From Dendrobates tinctorius (taxonomy: Eukaryota), in the NCBI RefSeq assembly GCF_039654945.1, contig NW_027361722.1, positions 17,298,001 through 17,362,000 on the forward strand: DNA of 64,000 bases, given 5' to 3'. The notes beneath the pieces were generated by a model. The model saw only the letters and a program-made list of their open reading frames with translations. It searched no databases and was not told the DNA's origin. Positions 22,376 through 34,945 of the stretch are shown in pieces (position 1 is the stretch's first letter; the number at the start of each line of letters is the position of its first letter). The translations under genes and the position numbers were made by a program.

Positions 22376-23785
22376 TTATTTTCTTCAGGACATAGCACAT
22401 CCAACACATCATTACCACACTTGACATGGTACCAGCAATACATCTCAGCTTTCCCTAGCTTCTTCAGCTACACCAGAATGGACCACAAAGTTATAGCGGG
22501 ATGAGGAGCCCGGTGAAAATGGCACTTCGACCTCTTTCACTGGAACCGACTTCAGTCCAGACACGGAAATACTCGTCTACTAGGTTGTCCACCCCCTTTT
22601 GGTTATCCTGCCCGTACACTCGCTTGTGGCCCACTCGACTACTTCGTCAGCACCCACACTCATCCGCTGGCTTTTTCACTGCTGCAGATACCATATACTT
22701 CACTTCTGCTCTGCACAAGTCTCCCACATCTGCTATGGATGGCGAGGGACACCACTTCACACAGTGGGTTAGCTACACAGCTCAGGAACAGAGATGTTTG
22801 AGCACCACACGGGGTCCACCCCACTGACTATAAACCAGGAAATCTCACTAGTTCCCACTAACACTCCTCTAATTAACTCTAAAGTGTCCTACAAATGTGC
22901 TCTATTATGAATGTGCCCAGTGCCCCCATCTTGTGTCCTTTTTATTAACTGCACTGCCCCAACTCGTAGATCACAATATGGCAATAAACACTTATATACA
23001 GCTTACACATAATGCACAGATATGTAAATACGGGACATTCAACTATGGCAATCATGTACAAACAAAACAGGAATATCAACATTTACAGGGGTAGGCCCTA
23101 ACCTTCTTACAAATTCAGGAGACACCAGTTCATGGCAGCTGGATGGGAGATTTACCTTCTGGCAGGACACAATATTATCTGTTCACAGATCACATTGCAG
23201 GAGCCGGAAGATAAGTGTCACAGTCAGACCATTCTTCTAAGTGCCAGGTAAAACTTACCCGATGTCCCGCTCAATTCTAGTTAGGACATACGGATTTATT
23301 TTTGGTCATTCATTCATAATTTTAGCAGCCAGAACTTTGGCATGTTACACAAGCTTTACTATATGACAGCTTGTCCTTGCATCCGCAGGGCAGTGTTCCC
23401 ACGTTACGTAAAATCATGCATTTCCTGAACCAAAGTATGCAATATCAATTCTCTCTGGTTATTGCATTTTTCCTGCTTAATTGATACATTTCTGGTGCAG
23501 ATTTGAAGCAGTTTTTTTATGCTCTTGGCATTTTTCTTTTTATAGTGTAGAAAAGCTTTGAATTTCTCTTTATGGGTGGAAGAAACAAAGTAGTTTAAGG
23601 AAAAAAAAAGTTTCGCCTCTGAAATACAGATACATAGAAATGCACTGGTATATACAGACTTATCTCTATGTACCAGTATAATCTGCCTCTGATTTCAGAT
23701 CCTGCACACTCCAGCTTCAGAAATGCTGTAATATTTATTGGTGGCTCGCAGCTTCTTACTGGAATGATGAAGGTTGTCGGTTTAA

Positions 23786-24736
23786 CCCCTTAACAACCAG
23801 AGGTAGTTTTGGATTTTCATTTTTCACTCCTTCGTCCCAGAGCAATTACTTGTTTTTTGCAGGATGAATTGTAATTTTGAACACCATTGAATTTAGCATT
23901 TCTTCTACTGGAAGATAGGATAAAATTCCAAGTGTGGTGAAATTGCAAAATAAGTGCAACTCCACAATTTTTTTGTTTTCTTTTTTAATTTACTAGGTTC
24001 GCTAAATGCTAAAACTGACCTGCCACTATGAATTCGTAATGACCTGGAGAATCATAGACACCAAACATGTCTAGGTTGTTTATTTTTTTTAATCCAAAGG
24101 GGGAAAAAAAAAAAAAAAAAAAAGACCCAATTCAGTACAAAAAAAAAAAATAAAAAAATAAAATAGTGTCATTTTCCAATACCCACAGTGTCTTTAGTTT
24201 TTGTGATCTCAGGTTGGGTGAGGGCTTATTTTTTGCACACCGAGCTGATGTTTAATGATACCTTGTTGGTGCAAATATGTTCTTTTGATCACCCGTTATT
24301 GCAATGTTGCGGCAACAAAAATTATATATATTTATATTAGTTCTGTCGTTATTACTTTCTTAATTAGCAATTGGGTTAATCTTTCTATATTGATTTGGCA
24401 ATTCTTAATGTAACAATACTAAATATGTAGGTGTTTTGTTTTTTTTATTTTGATTGGGGTGGAAACAGGTGTTTTGAACTTTATTTTTTCACTTTTGGCA
24501 TGTTTTAATAGTCTCCATAGGAGATGAGAAACTGCCATAAAGCATTTACCTCTGCTACATACAGGCGATGAATGATCAGATCGTCTGTATGTAGCAGAAT
24601 TGGTACAAGTGCCGACCACCAGGCGGTATTCATAGCAATCTGACATGTGCCAGAAAAGAGGTGGCCTCAGCTCTGGAACCCACATCAAAAGGGTATCCGA
24701 CGTCCGCATACTATTATGGCCCATGTTGGAAAGGGC
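23786..24736 (+). mobile_element. Non-autonomous TTAA-CCCC (piggyBac-like) element
   Basis: TTAA|CCCCTT left end, GGAAAGGG right end, collinear with 45521-46756. Confidence 0.75.
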
Positions 24737-24920
24737 CTAAATGAAAGTGTATATTTTATATTTAACTGAATTAGCATGTTCAGAGCAGAGCTGCTGGCCC
24801 CACCCCAGAGGAGCTACATTCAATGCAATCAGAGAAAAACATCGCACAGAGGGAGAATGAAGTTGGACACAGCCATATTAGATCCAGGTCAGGAGAACAT
24901 TCGCACTTGAATATTTTACC

Positions 24921-25139
24921 CATTTATATAGCGCCATTAATTCCACAGCGCTTTACAGACAATCACCACTGTCCCCGATGGGGGCTCACAATCTAAGTTC
25001 CCCATCGGTATGTCTTTGCGTGGGTTTCCTCCCACATTCCAAACATAGGGAGAACATACAAACTCCTTGCAGATGTTGTTGTCCTTGGTGGGATTTGAAC
25101 CCAGTGCTGCAAAGTAACTGTGCTAACCACTGAGCCACC
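24921..25139 (-). mobile_element. tRNA-derived SINE with an L2-type 3' tail
   Basis: On minus: A box GGTGGCTCAGTGG, B box GGTTCAAATCC; tail similar to the 3' end of the L2 at 38933. Confidence 0.85.
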
Positions 25140-25353
25140 CTATATGTGCGTAGTCAAAGTCTACCTGCACAGTGCAGCTGCGCTCAAAGCAACCACAAGT
25201 GCCCCATGCACCTTCACACGGGCTTCCCCCTTGCCACCCCACAGCCATCGCCACCCTCCTCTTCCTTCGTCAGGAGATTAAATATTGGACAAACCTGGCA
25301 TCACCACTTCAGGGCCCCATATAGCACAAAACTTCTTTTTAGGGGGTCTCATC

Positions 25354-25359
25354 TTTATT
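25354..25359 (-). terminator. Polyadenylation signal of aquaglyceroporin copy 2
   Basis: AATAAA on minus in the same conserved context as copy 1. Confidence 0.7.
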
Positions 25360-25821
25360 GAAAATTTTACAAATTAGCTGTATACAAAGTTCCAGTGACG
25401 ATCCTGAAATACGATATTACAAAGCGTTAAAAACAGCGATTATAAAACCATTTAAAAGCACAATTAAAAAACAAAAAAGAAAGAAAGGCAGCAGCTGCTG
25501 ACTGCAAACAGATTCCAGCCCTCATGTTTCAGAGGCTGTTGAAAATGAAAGATGATCTGATCCAAGAAGTGGCACCCAGTAAGTCCTGAGATACTATGTA
25601 GTCTTCCCCACCATTTTAGGGCCAGGCCACGAGACTGATAAGAACCATGACCTTGCTGGGGTGAGTAGATGTAGGGGCAGCCATTTATGGTGGAATGTGA
25701 ACAGTCAAACATCTGAATCCGGAGAAGAATCACATTTTGGGGTTAATGTAAAATTTCAAAGGCGTCCATTAAAATCTTCAGTCTTCAGATGACACAGGCC
25801 CCCCCCCAACCACGTAGGGCC

Positions 25822-28800
25822 CTAAGCCTCCATCTGGACCAACTCGTACTCCGGAGGATGACGCTCTCCATTTTCTTCATGGTTCTCCTTGCGTTGGCTC
25901 GGTGCATGATGTATCCCAATGAGCAGGTCATAGACAAACGTCCCAATGACGCCACCCATCATGGGACCCACTACAGGCACCCACCACCAGTGACCTCCAG
26001 CCCTAGAACACAGATATTCTATCAGAACATACCAACTTGCAAAGGTTAACAACCCACTAGTTTGTGAAATGTCAACCACCAGAAGTACCCAGTCTAGTTA
26101 TTGGAAACAGTCAGCAAGTTTCTCTTAAGACCCCCTTAACTGAAGTTCCAAAATTCAAGTGGAAATTAGGTTTTAGGTTAAAGATGCCTCTTCCCTGTAG
26201 TCTAGTCACCATAGCAATCCTTCATGCAGATGCTGAACTAGCAGGGGATGCTGGAAGATTTCAGCTCTGAAGTAAGCAGAATTCTACCCAATGGACAGCC
26301 CATTATACAACACATCTGCTTTCACAATATTTAGTGCTTTTTAACAAATGTAGAATTACGAAGCCGTTACCTGAAGACTTCCATGCCCCAGCCAGCAAAC
26401 GCAGTAAAGATCCGAGGCGCCAGGTCCCGGGCTGGATTAATGGGGTATCCACAGTTGAATCCCATAGAAAGGCCAACAAGCAGGACTATCAGACCAATCA
26501 CAAATGGCTGAAGACCACGAGGGGCGGCATTGTTTTTTTCGTCAATAATGGCAAGGAGGCAAACCATCAAGGCAGCGGTGGCGATGGCCTTGGGCAAAAA
26601 AAAGAAAAAAAAAGTTTCTTTATCTCAAATGGAAAAAAAAACACCTACACAGTATGTGTACATTTAGGGGTGGTCCTATTCCTGGAGGGGGCTGAGCATG
26701 ACAAATCAATAGGACCATTGAAGTTCTTCAGCCCGATTTCACACTATGGTTTGGACCAGCCATGATGGTTGCACAGTCCTTTTTTTTTTCCTGCAGCAGT
26801 ATTGAGCAATACCTTGGTCATGAGCTACTGGTATTTCATAGAGCCCCTGACAAGACTGTACTTCCATCAGTCTGGAAAGGAATTAAGGGAGGAGCATTGT
26901 AAGAAGGGGCCTTTCAGCCAATCGGCTTCCCGATAGTGTTATTCTGTGACATGATTGGCTGAGAGCAGCAGACTGACCTCACAATGCTCCTCCCCATGTC
27001 CTTTCCAGTTTGATGCAGACAAAACAGAAGTACTTAGCTTGTAAATAAAGGAATACCGTGATTTGTTTTCCCACACAAACACTTCACCTGATCTGCGAGT
27101 CCATTTATTGCACTCAGATGTTCTGACGGGTAGGAAGCAAATATCCCAGCAGTCGCCTGCGGCCCGTGCACAGTAAAGTTGCCGCCACTGTACACATAGA
27201 AGGCATCTAGGGAGGTATTCAAGAAGAGACAAGAGTTGGGAATCTAAACACCAACTTAGTCTTAACTGAGGAACTCAATGATTCATCGAAACATCGTATA
27301 ATTGGTTGAATTCTTACCAAAATACAAAGCAAATACCAGACATGCACCAATGAACGCGCCGAGGAATTGAGCCAGCCAGTAGACGAGCATCAGCTTCCAA
27401 GTGGTCTTCTTTAAGAGAAACAGGGAGAAAGACACAGCAGGATTGAGGTGGGCGCCTGGAGTAGTAAAGGAAGTTACCATAAGGCCATGTTCACACAGAA
27501 TTTTTGTACTAGAGAAAAAAAACCCACACGTTCACAGCATTTTATTACAGCTTTTTGGCTGCTGGATACAGGTTTCTTTGTCTATTGCACATGTTTAAGT
27601 TGTATTTGCAGCTTTTTTGGGGGAAATAAACTTTCTATGTTTGGAGGAATTTTGAAAGATTTTATATGCTGCAGATTTCAAAGTCAAAACAAAGAAAAAA
27701 AAAAAAAAAGAAAAAAAAAAAAAGCACATTAATGAGATTTTTGAAATTGCAGCTTTTGCATGTACGATCAAGAGTAGACTATTTTGCATAAAAAGGCTGC
27801 ATGTGAACGTCACACGTACACAGTGACTGCACCAGCAGAATAGTGAGTGCAGCTCTGGAGTATAATACAGGATGTAACTCAGGATCAGTAATGTAGTGTA
27901 TGTACACAGTGACTGCACCAGCAGAATAGTGAGTGCAGCTCTGGGGTATAATACAGGATGTAACGCAGGATCAGTAATGTAATGTATGTACACAGTGATT
28001 GCACCAGCAGAATAGTGAGTGCAGCTCTGGGGTATAATACAGGATGTAACTCAGGATCAGTAATGTAATGTATGTACACAGGGACTACACCAGCAGAATA
28101 GTGAGTGCAGCTCTGGGGTATAATACTGGACGTAACTCAGGATCAGTAATGTATGTACACAGTGAGTGAACCTGAGCTTTTTATATGAATCAGATCAATG
28201 TGTAGAATTTTAATACACAGTTCTTATAACCGCTCACCTGAGACTCCAGCACAGACATAGGCGCCGGCAGTGACCGCAAAACCAAACGCCATATTGACAC
28301 TTAGAAACTGAGCTTTGGCAAAACCACTCAGCTCCATCTGAGCCACAGAACCGCAGCCAAATAGCTAAAGGAAGAAAAAAAAAATATATATATATTATAA
28401 TGGACTTCATAGTAATTACTATAATGTAAAAGTGCAACCGCAGGGCGAATACCCAATAAACAAGATGCACCCAGTCCAGTACAATACATCAGTGCCACCG
28501 CATAGTCACAGGACATGGAGGAGTTAATACCACATCAACATGATCAGTTTAGGATTCCATTCTCCCAAGGCGGTAATACAAGAACACTAGTCTGTAGTAG
28601 AGGGAGCCCCTTCTTCCCTATCTGAAAGAGGTTCAGCAGCAGCTGTGATACAATAGGGAAGATCAGTGTTCCAAAACACGACAACAGATTACTTACAATT
28701 AATATAACGGTCCCCAAAAACTCCGCCAGCCCGCGGCGCACATAGGGATTAGCCGTCTTAAGCATTCGTCTGACCTTCTCCAGGCATTGCGCATGGACAT

Positions 28801-28831
28801 CCATCACGACTGTCTCATTCATGTCCACCAT
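25822..28831 (-). CDS. Aquaglyceroporin copy 2 (tandem paralog, probably AQP13/AQPxlo-like), 6 exons, 305 aa
   Basis: Exons 28697-28831, 28238-28364, 27318-27455, 27088-27206, 26371-26588, 25822-26002; GT-AG; sum 918 nt and open; both NPA boxes and NPARD present. Confidence 0.96.
27483..27813. mobile_element. Harbinger-type MITE in intron 2 of AQP copy 2
   Basis: TAA|GGCCATGTTCACAC left end, ATGTGAACGT right end; absent from copy 1. Confidence 0.6.
27817..28167. repeat. Same 81-87 bp minisatellite (~4 copies) in intron 2 of AQP copy 2
   Basis: Same unit as 12251-13112. Confidence 0.95.
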
Positions 28832-28981
28832 GATCCTGACCCTCTGATTGTAGCTGGTCTGCCAGCACAGCTGCACTTTATGGAGAGGACTTGATCTAAG
28901 TGCAGCTGATTCTGAACTTCATTAACTCTTTCATTGCCAGGCAAGGTAATTGTGTTAAAATTTGCACCATTGTAAGGCGTA

Positions 28982-29412
28982 AGCCTCTTTCTCACATCCG
29001 GCTTTTGTAATCCGGCGAAATTTGTAACAACCGGATGCGGTTTTGTCCCATACAGTAGAGTTGTATTGTCACCGCATCGTGCCGGATGGGTATGCGTCGC
29101 ATCCGGTTTTTGCCGGATACGGCAAAAAGTAGCCGTCTGGCGTCTGCAAAAAACAATCCCTGCAACGTTTTTTTGCCAGCGCCGGACCGGTTTTCTGAAC
29201 AGCGCATGCGCGGAGTCTGTGAGTTTTAACCCTTGGTGTGGCGAATTCTCGCTCTCACTCATCATACCTGTGCGCGCTGCTCCTTTAAATCTCTGCTACA
29301 CCGTATCCGGCCACGTAAAAGCATCTGGTGTCAACGGCACATCCCGGATCCGCTCCTACGGCTTTTCGCCGCACGGTTCCAGACTCAAAAAGCCAGATGT
29401 GTGAAAGTAGCC
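28982..29412. mobile_element. Harbinger-type MITE upstream of AQP copy 2
   Basis: Imperfect TIRs GCCTCTTTCTCACATCCGGC / GCCAGATGTGTGAAAGTAGCC followed by TTA. Confidence 0.75.
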
Positions 29413-31113
29413 TTAAAAAGTGCACTTCAGGCTAAAGTCGCACCACAATTTTCTCTTGATCTGGGAAAAATGATCACAGTTGGATCTGTTCTTCTCATAG
29501 TTGGAGGGAAAAAAAAAAAAGTTTCCCCACCTTCTCCATTCAGTAACGCTGTGAAAATCAGACTGCACTCGGATGTCATCCAAGTGCCTTCCAATGTTAT
29601 CCACAGAGCCATAGACTTGCATTACCGATTTTGATCAAAATCGGACATGTCATTGATTTTTTTCCTCCACCACTTTGTCTGGGGGAAATATCGGACATCA
29701 ATACAGCCCCATAGAATAACATGTGTACGAGTCTTATACGCGAAAACTACAGATGACACTTATCCGATTTAAACAGTCGCGTGCACAAGCGCTATGAGTC
29801 TGCGCGCACGTGGTGAATTTAATTTTGAAAACCCCCTGAAAAAGCTCTCAATAAACGTTAAAAAAACAAAACATTTGCACAGCAATGTAAAAACCTCTTG
29901 CTGCGCACGTGTCCAATCTCTTGAGCTTCTTTTAATTTCTTTCATTTTTCTGGAGTTGTTAAAAGATATGTCGTAACCATTCGTCAGACTACTTCAGCGT
30001 ATTACTTGGTTGGGAAGATGTCCAGTAAACAGATCCGGAGAGGTAAGTGTTCAAAACAAAATAATTCCATTTTTTTTTTCTGAAAATTTTTTTTGGTATC
30101 GTATTAGTAACAATTGCATATCTCTTGGAATGCACTATCTAATAGATGCGCCTTTTCTGGGCAGCTGAAGGTTTCTATTTTTAGGGTGGGGGGCGCAGTG
30201 TCTATGGCCTCTTACCAGCCTGAGAATAGCAGCCCTCAGCTGTCTGCTTTAGCAAGGCTGGTTGTCAAAAATGGGCAATGGGTTTTTTAAATTACGTATT
30301 TAAATAATTTTTAAAAAAAAACAGCGTGGGGAACCCTCTATTCTTGCTAACCAACCTTGTTGAAGATGACAGCTGAAGGTTGCAGGCCGCAGCTGTGAGC
30401 TTTGCCTGGCTGGTTATAGAAAATAAAAATACAAGGGAACCCACACCATTTTTTAAATGTATTTATTTATTTAGCGCACCGGAGCCCGCTGATGAATACT
30501 CCCATCAGCCGCTGCCTGCTCTCACTGTTATTAGCGGCAACAGGTCCCATCAGCCGCAGCATCCTCTTGCTGTTATCAGTTGAATATAACTCAGTCTCAA
30601 TATTCTCCCCTCATCACTGGCAGAGCAGGGGAGAATGGTGAGAGCTGTCTTCAGCACCCGGCGCCGGGAAACAGAGCTTACTGTACTGCTGCTTCCCTAG
30701 CGCTGGTACGTGTGGTACTTCTGTGGCACAGAGGCGGCACACAGTTGCCACATGGTTGCCATAAGTATGACACTGATATCTCCGATAATGATTTTTCCCG
30801 GTACTGGAAATATCAGGACGTGGGAAAGAGGCCTAAGGCTGTGTGCACACATTGTCTTTTTTAGGTAATCGCCCGCAAAATACAGAAATCACCTGGAATC
30901 AGAAAACTCTCAAAATAATTAACTCATGCAATTCTATGTAAAAACTACTTGCTGCGTTTATGTTCAGGCTTTAATCAGTTAAGGTTTATTAAACCGACAA
31001 ACGGTTAAAAGAAGTGACCGGACTGTTCTTCAAGCATTTTCCACTCAGAAGACACTCTGTACTTTACAATAAAAGTCAATGGGAATACTCAAAAGTCAGA
31101 CAGACGTCTATTA

Positions 31114-31547
31114 GGCTACTTTCAGACTAGCGTTCTGAGGCGCAGCGCAGGGCCGCCGCTAAGCTCTGCCCCCGGCCGCGCCTCCTCCGGTCAGCTCCTC
31201 CTATGGGCGCATGACGCTGCATACGACCAGCGTACCCTATATTTACCATTGGGTATGCTGGCCGAGTGCTGTTATGATTTTGCCGGTGCTTGCGCCCTTT
31301 TGGCACAGTGCCGAGTGCACAAAAATGCAACACGGTGCGTTTTTGTGCGCTTGGTGCAGCGCCAAAAGAGCGCAAGTGCTGGCAAAATCATAACAGCGCT
31401 CGGCCAGCGTACCCAACAATATAGGGTACGCTGGTCGCATGCAGCGTCATGCGCCCATAGGAGGAGCAGACCAGAGGATGCGCGGCCAGGGGCGGAGCTT
31501 AGCGGCGGCCCTGCGTTGCGCCTCAGAACGCAAATCTGAAAGTAGCC
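31114..31547. mobile_element. Palindromic Harbinger-type MITE (434 bp)
   Basis: TTA TSDs, TIR GGCTACTTTCAGA; whole element is a fold-back; same family as 49390-49827. Confidence 0.9.
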
Positions 31548-31982
31548 TTAGACTGTTTTGCCATTGTCAGTAAAAAAAATGCTGGCGGTTTCTTCATTAC
31601 TTAATGAAATTTAAAAAAAAAACACAACTAAAAAACGACAGTAAATAAAGGTAAAAAAAAAAAATACCCAAAAATCAGTTTACTGAAATGTCTTCTGCTT
31701 GAAAAACTCGACAGGTTCACCTGAATATAAAAGACGTCTTGTGCACATAACCAAATTCTTTTGTATGGGAAATTCACTTTACTTTCCATGTGAGAAGTTT
31801 TTTGGGGGCTTTTTGATTCCAAAAGAGGTTTTGAAAAACACCTGGTGGGAGAAAAAAAAAGTGCAAGTCACTTCTTTAAGTGCATCCTGAAGGAAACATC
31901 TCCAAAGTAAGCGCTGTCCTTTCAAAAGGCTACAAGATTATTATTATTGTTATTATTTATTTTTTGAGCACCATTAATACAA

Positions 31983-32360
31983 ATGATTTGGGAATGTTTA
32001 GCTTGGAAAAGAGAAGACTGAGAGGAGACTTAATAACTGTCTACAAATATCTCAAGGGCTGTCACATTGTAGAAGGATCAACTTTATTCTCATTTGCACA
32101 AGGAAAGACTAGAAGCAATGGGATGAAGCTGAATGGGAGGAGACACAGATTAGATATTAGAAAAAACTTTTTGACAGAGTGATCAATGAGTGGAACAGGC
32201 TGCCACGAGAAGTGGTGAGTTCTCCTTCAATGGAAGTCTTCAAACAGAGGCTGGACAGACATCTGACTGGGATGATTTAGTGAATCCTGCTTTGAGCAGG
32301 GGGTTGGACCAGATGGCCCAGGAGGTCCCTTCCAACTCTACGATCCTATGATTCTATGAT
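31983..32360 (+). mobile_element. CR1 LINE 3' fragment
   Basis: LGMFSLEKRRLRGDLITVYKYLKG, and classic CR1 end GGTCCCTTCCAAC..(ATTCTATG)n. Confidence 0.92.
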
Positions 32361-33230
32361 ATAAAATATAGCGAACAAACTAACAATGATAGAAAGGTTA
32401 GAGGACCCTGCCCTTGTGGGCTCACAGTCTGCAGGATAATGGGGAAGGAGGCAGTAGTTTGGGGGCTTGTGGCAGCACCAGTGGTTGTGAACTGACAGCT
32501 CTGGTGGTGGTCAGATGACAGCTCCGGTAGTGGTAAGATGGCATGGGGTCATTGCGGGCTGTAAGGTTTCTTGAAGAGATGGGTTTTCACGTTACATCTG
32601 AAGGTTCCGAATGTGGCGGATAGTCTGATGTTTTGGCGCACAGAATTCCAGAAGATGGGGATACACTTGGGAGAAATCTTGGAGGCGATTTGGTGAGGAA
32701 CGTATGAATGTGGAGGAGAGAAGGAAGTCTTGGTAAGACCAGAGATTGCGTGTTGGAATATTAGTTCGGAGATATACGCCGGAGACAGATTATGGACGGC
32801 CTTGTAGGTCAGCATTAACAGTTTGAACTGGAGACGTTGGGGAATTAGGAGCCAATGGAGGGATTTGCAGAGGGGAGAGACAGGGGAGTAGCGTAGAGAG
32901 AGTTGGATTATTTCGACAGCCTAGTTAATGATAGACTTGAGAGGTGCAAGAATGTAAGCTGGGAGGCCACAGAGGAGGATATTGCAGTAGACAAGGAGGG
33001 AGATGATGGGGCAGCAGTAATATTTTAGTAGATTCAGGGTTGAGTAAAGGATGGATTCTGGAAATATTTTTGAGTTGGAGGTGGCAGGAGGTGGAAAAGC
33101 GAAGAATACTCCAAGGCAGTGGACTTCTGGTAATGCGGAAAGCATGGTGTTATTAGTTGTGATAGATCAAGTAGAAGAGTTACAGTAGGTAAGAGGAGAA
33201 AAGATGAGTTCAGATTTGTCCACAGCACTG
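32361..33230 (-). mobile_element. Degenerate L2 LINE 3' fragment (its TTA tail lies at ~31938-31980, beyond the CR1 insertion)
   Basis: Fragments LTYKAVHNLSPAYISELI, FWNS..QNIRL, KTHLFKK; homologous to 39322-40035. Confidence 0.8.
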
Positions 33231-33602
33231 TGTACTTACAATTGCTCATTTTGCCTTTCTACCCAGATAATTCTGTTCTTTTCTCTGCTCTATGTAGAAA
33301 CAGGAAGTCTCTTGTCGCTGCATTTATCATCGCCCTCTTCACCTCCTGACCCAGCTGCTCCCTCTTCCCATCCGTCAGACTTTTGCTGTCACTCATGACT
33401 TGTGCAGAGAAAATTTACCTCCTGTTTCTGCATAGAGACTAGAAGGATTAGAAGCTTGTCAGTTTTTAATCAAGTGATGTCATAGGAATAACAGAAAAGA
33501 GAAGAATTAGCTGGGTAGATCCCTGCTCTGACAAGGCAGGGTCTCCAGCATGTCACTTCCCCATGCTCTGCATGCTTCCAGCAGAGCTTCCAGCCGTGCC
33601 TC

Positions 33603-34490
33603 TGTAAGGGGGTGAAGAATAAGAGGAGCCCAAAGGAGGTTACCTTCCCTGCTCCTGATCTGGAACCACTTAGCCAGACAGCAGGGTAGCCAGGGGGAAG
33701 ACTTTCTGCCCTGGATGTACTGGACCATGTGGGCAGGCAGAGAGCGCATGCAGCTCAGAGCAGCATGTGCAGGGGACAGAGCAGGGCGCAGTCGCACGCA
33801 GGGGAGAAGAGAGTACTCCCGGTCAGAGGGAAAAGACAGAAGGACGGGACATACTGCTGACTGTGAGTACGTGAACGCAGAGTCCCCTGTGATTAGAGGA
33901 AGACGTCCTCCTGACCATGCAGAGATGGAAACCTGCACGCATAGTCACGGTGGCCGTGGTGACAGGTCAGAGCCCCTGATTCTGGCAGAGAGACTGAGAA
34001 TTGTTCCAGCAGAGAGACTGAGCATTGTTCCAGCAGAGAGACTGAGAATTGTTCCAGCAGAGAGACTGAGCATTGTTCTGGCAAAGAGACTTGGCTTGAA
34101 AGCAGAGACTCAGAGCAGGGGAGACCCAGTTTGTCCCAGTTTCCCCCTGCCTTCCACCTTACCCCTGGAGATCCCGGCTACCATCTAACAGAGACTACAG
34201 CATACACAGTGACTACAGAGACTACAAGTGCCTCTGCTGACGGCGCCGATGCTGGAGAAGATGACCCTTCAAGCAAGATTCCTTCAGACTGATAAGTTTC
34301 ATGAAAACCCGTTAATTATCATTATCTGCCTTGATAAGTTTCATAAACCGCTATTTCATCATTCTTTTGCCAGTTTATCCCCCACTGTTTCCTCCCTGCG
34401 AGGAGGTTTAGATCCCTGTAAATAAAACCCTTTAACTTTTGGTCTGTCTCTGTTCCGTGGTGACATACCCAGCACCTGCATGTTATTACA
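33603..34490 (+). mobile_element. Solo LTR (888 bp)
   Basis: TGTAA..TTACA termini, 4-bp TSD CCTC, AATAAA at 34421, 24-bp tandem repeat x4 at ~33985-34090. Confidence 0.8.
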
Positions 34491-34679
34491 CCTCCAGACA
34501 TGTCCTTAGAGCACGCACGCTCCCGCCCTCTTAAAGGGCCAGCACGTGCACTTGCTATTTCCTCCCCAGCTCATAGCTGTGGGGCATTTTGTATATATTG
34601 CTTCCTCCTCACTGGGGAGGTGCCTGAGCAACCTTCCTGTTCTTCAGTCTATGTTGTGTAAGGTTGCGTACCAGTCCTT

Positions 34680-34945
34680 GTTGCACTCTGGTGCAGATCC
34701 TGTCTGCTGCACTTTGGTGCAGATCCTGCCTGCTGCACTCTGATACATACTCTGCCTGCTGCACTCTGATACGAACACTGCCTGCTGCACGCTGATACGA
34801 ACTCTGCCTGCTGCACTCTGATACAAACTTTGCCTGCTGCACTCTGATACAAACTCTGCCTGCTGCACTCTGATACGAACTCTGCCTGCTGAACTCTGAT
34901 ACAAACTCTGCCTGCTGCACTCTGATACGAACTCTGCGTGCTGCG
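34680..34945. repeat. 26-bp tandem repeat (~10 copies)
   Basis: Unit ctctgcctgctgcactctgatacgaa. Confidence 0.9.

Noticed and set aside
21711-23111. Possible solo LTR ending ..CTTCTTACA
   Set aside because: Could not define the other terminus or a TSD
25080-25139. tRNA gene
   Set aside because: A and B boxes belong to a SINE head followed by a LINE-like tail; no full cloverleaf
10250-28831. The two AQP copies as a haplotype assembly artefact
   Set aside because: Dozens of amino-acid differences, indels and different intron insertions exceed allelic divergence
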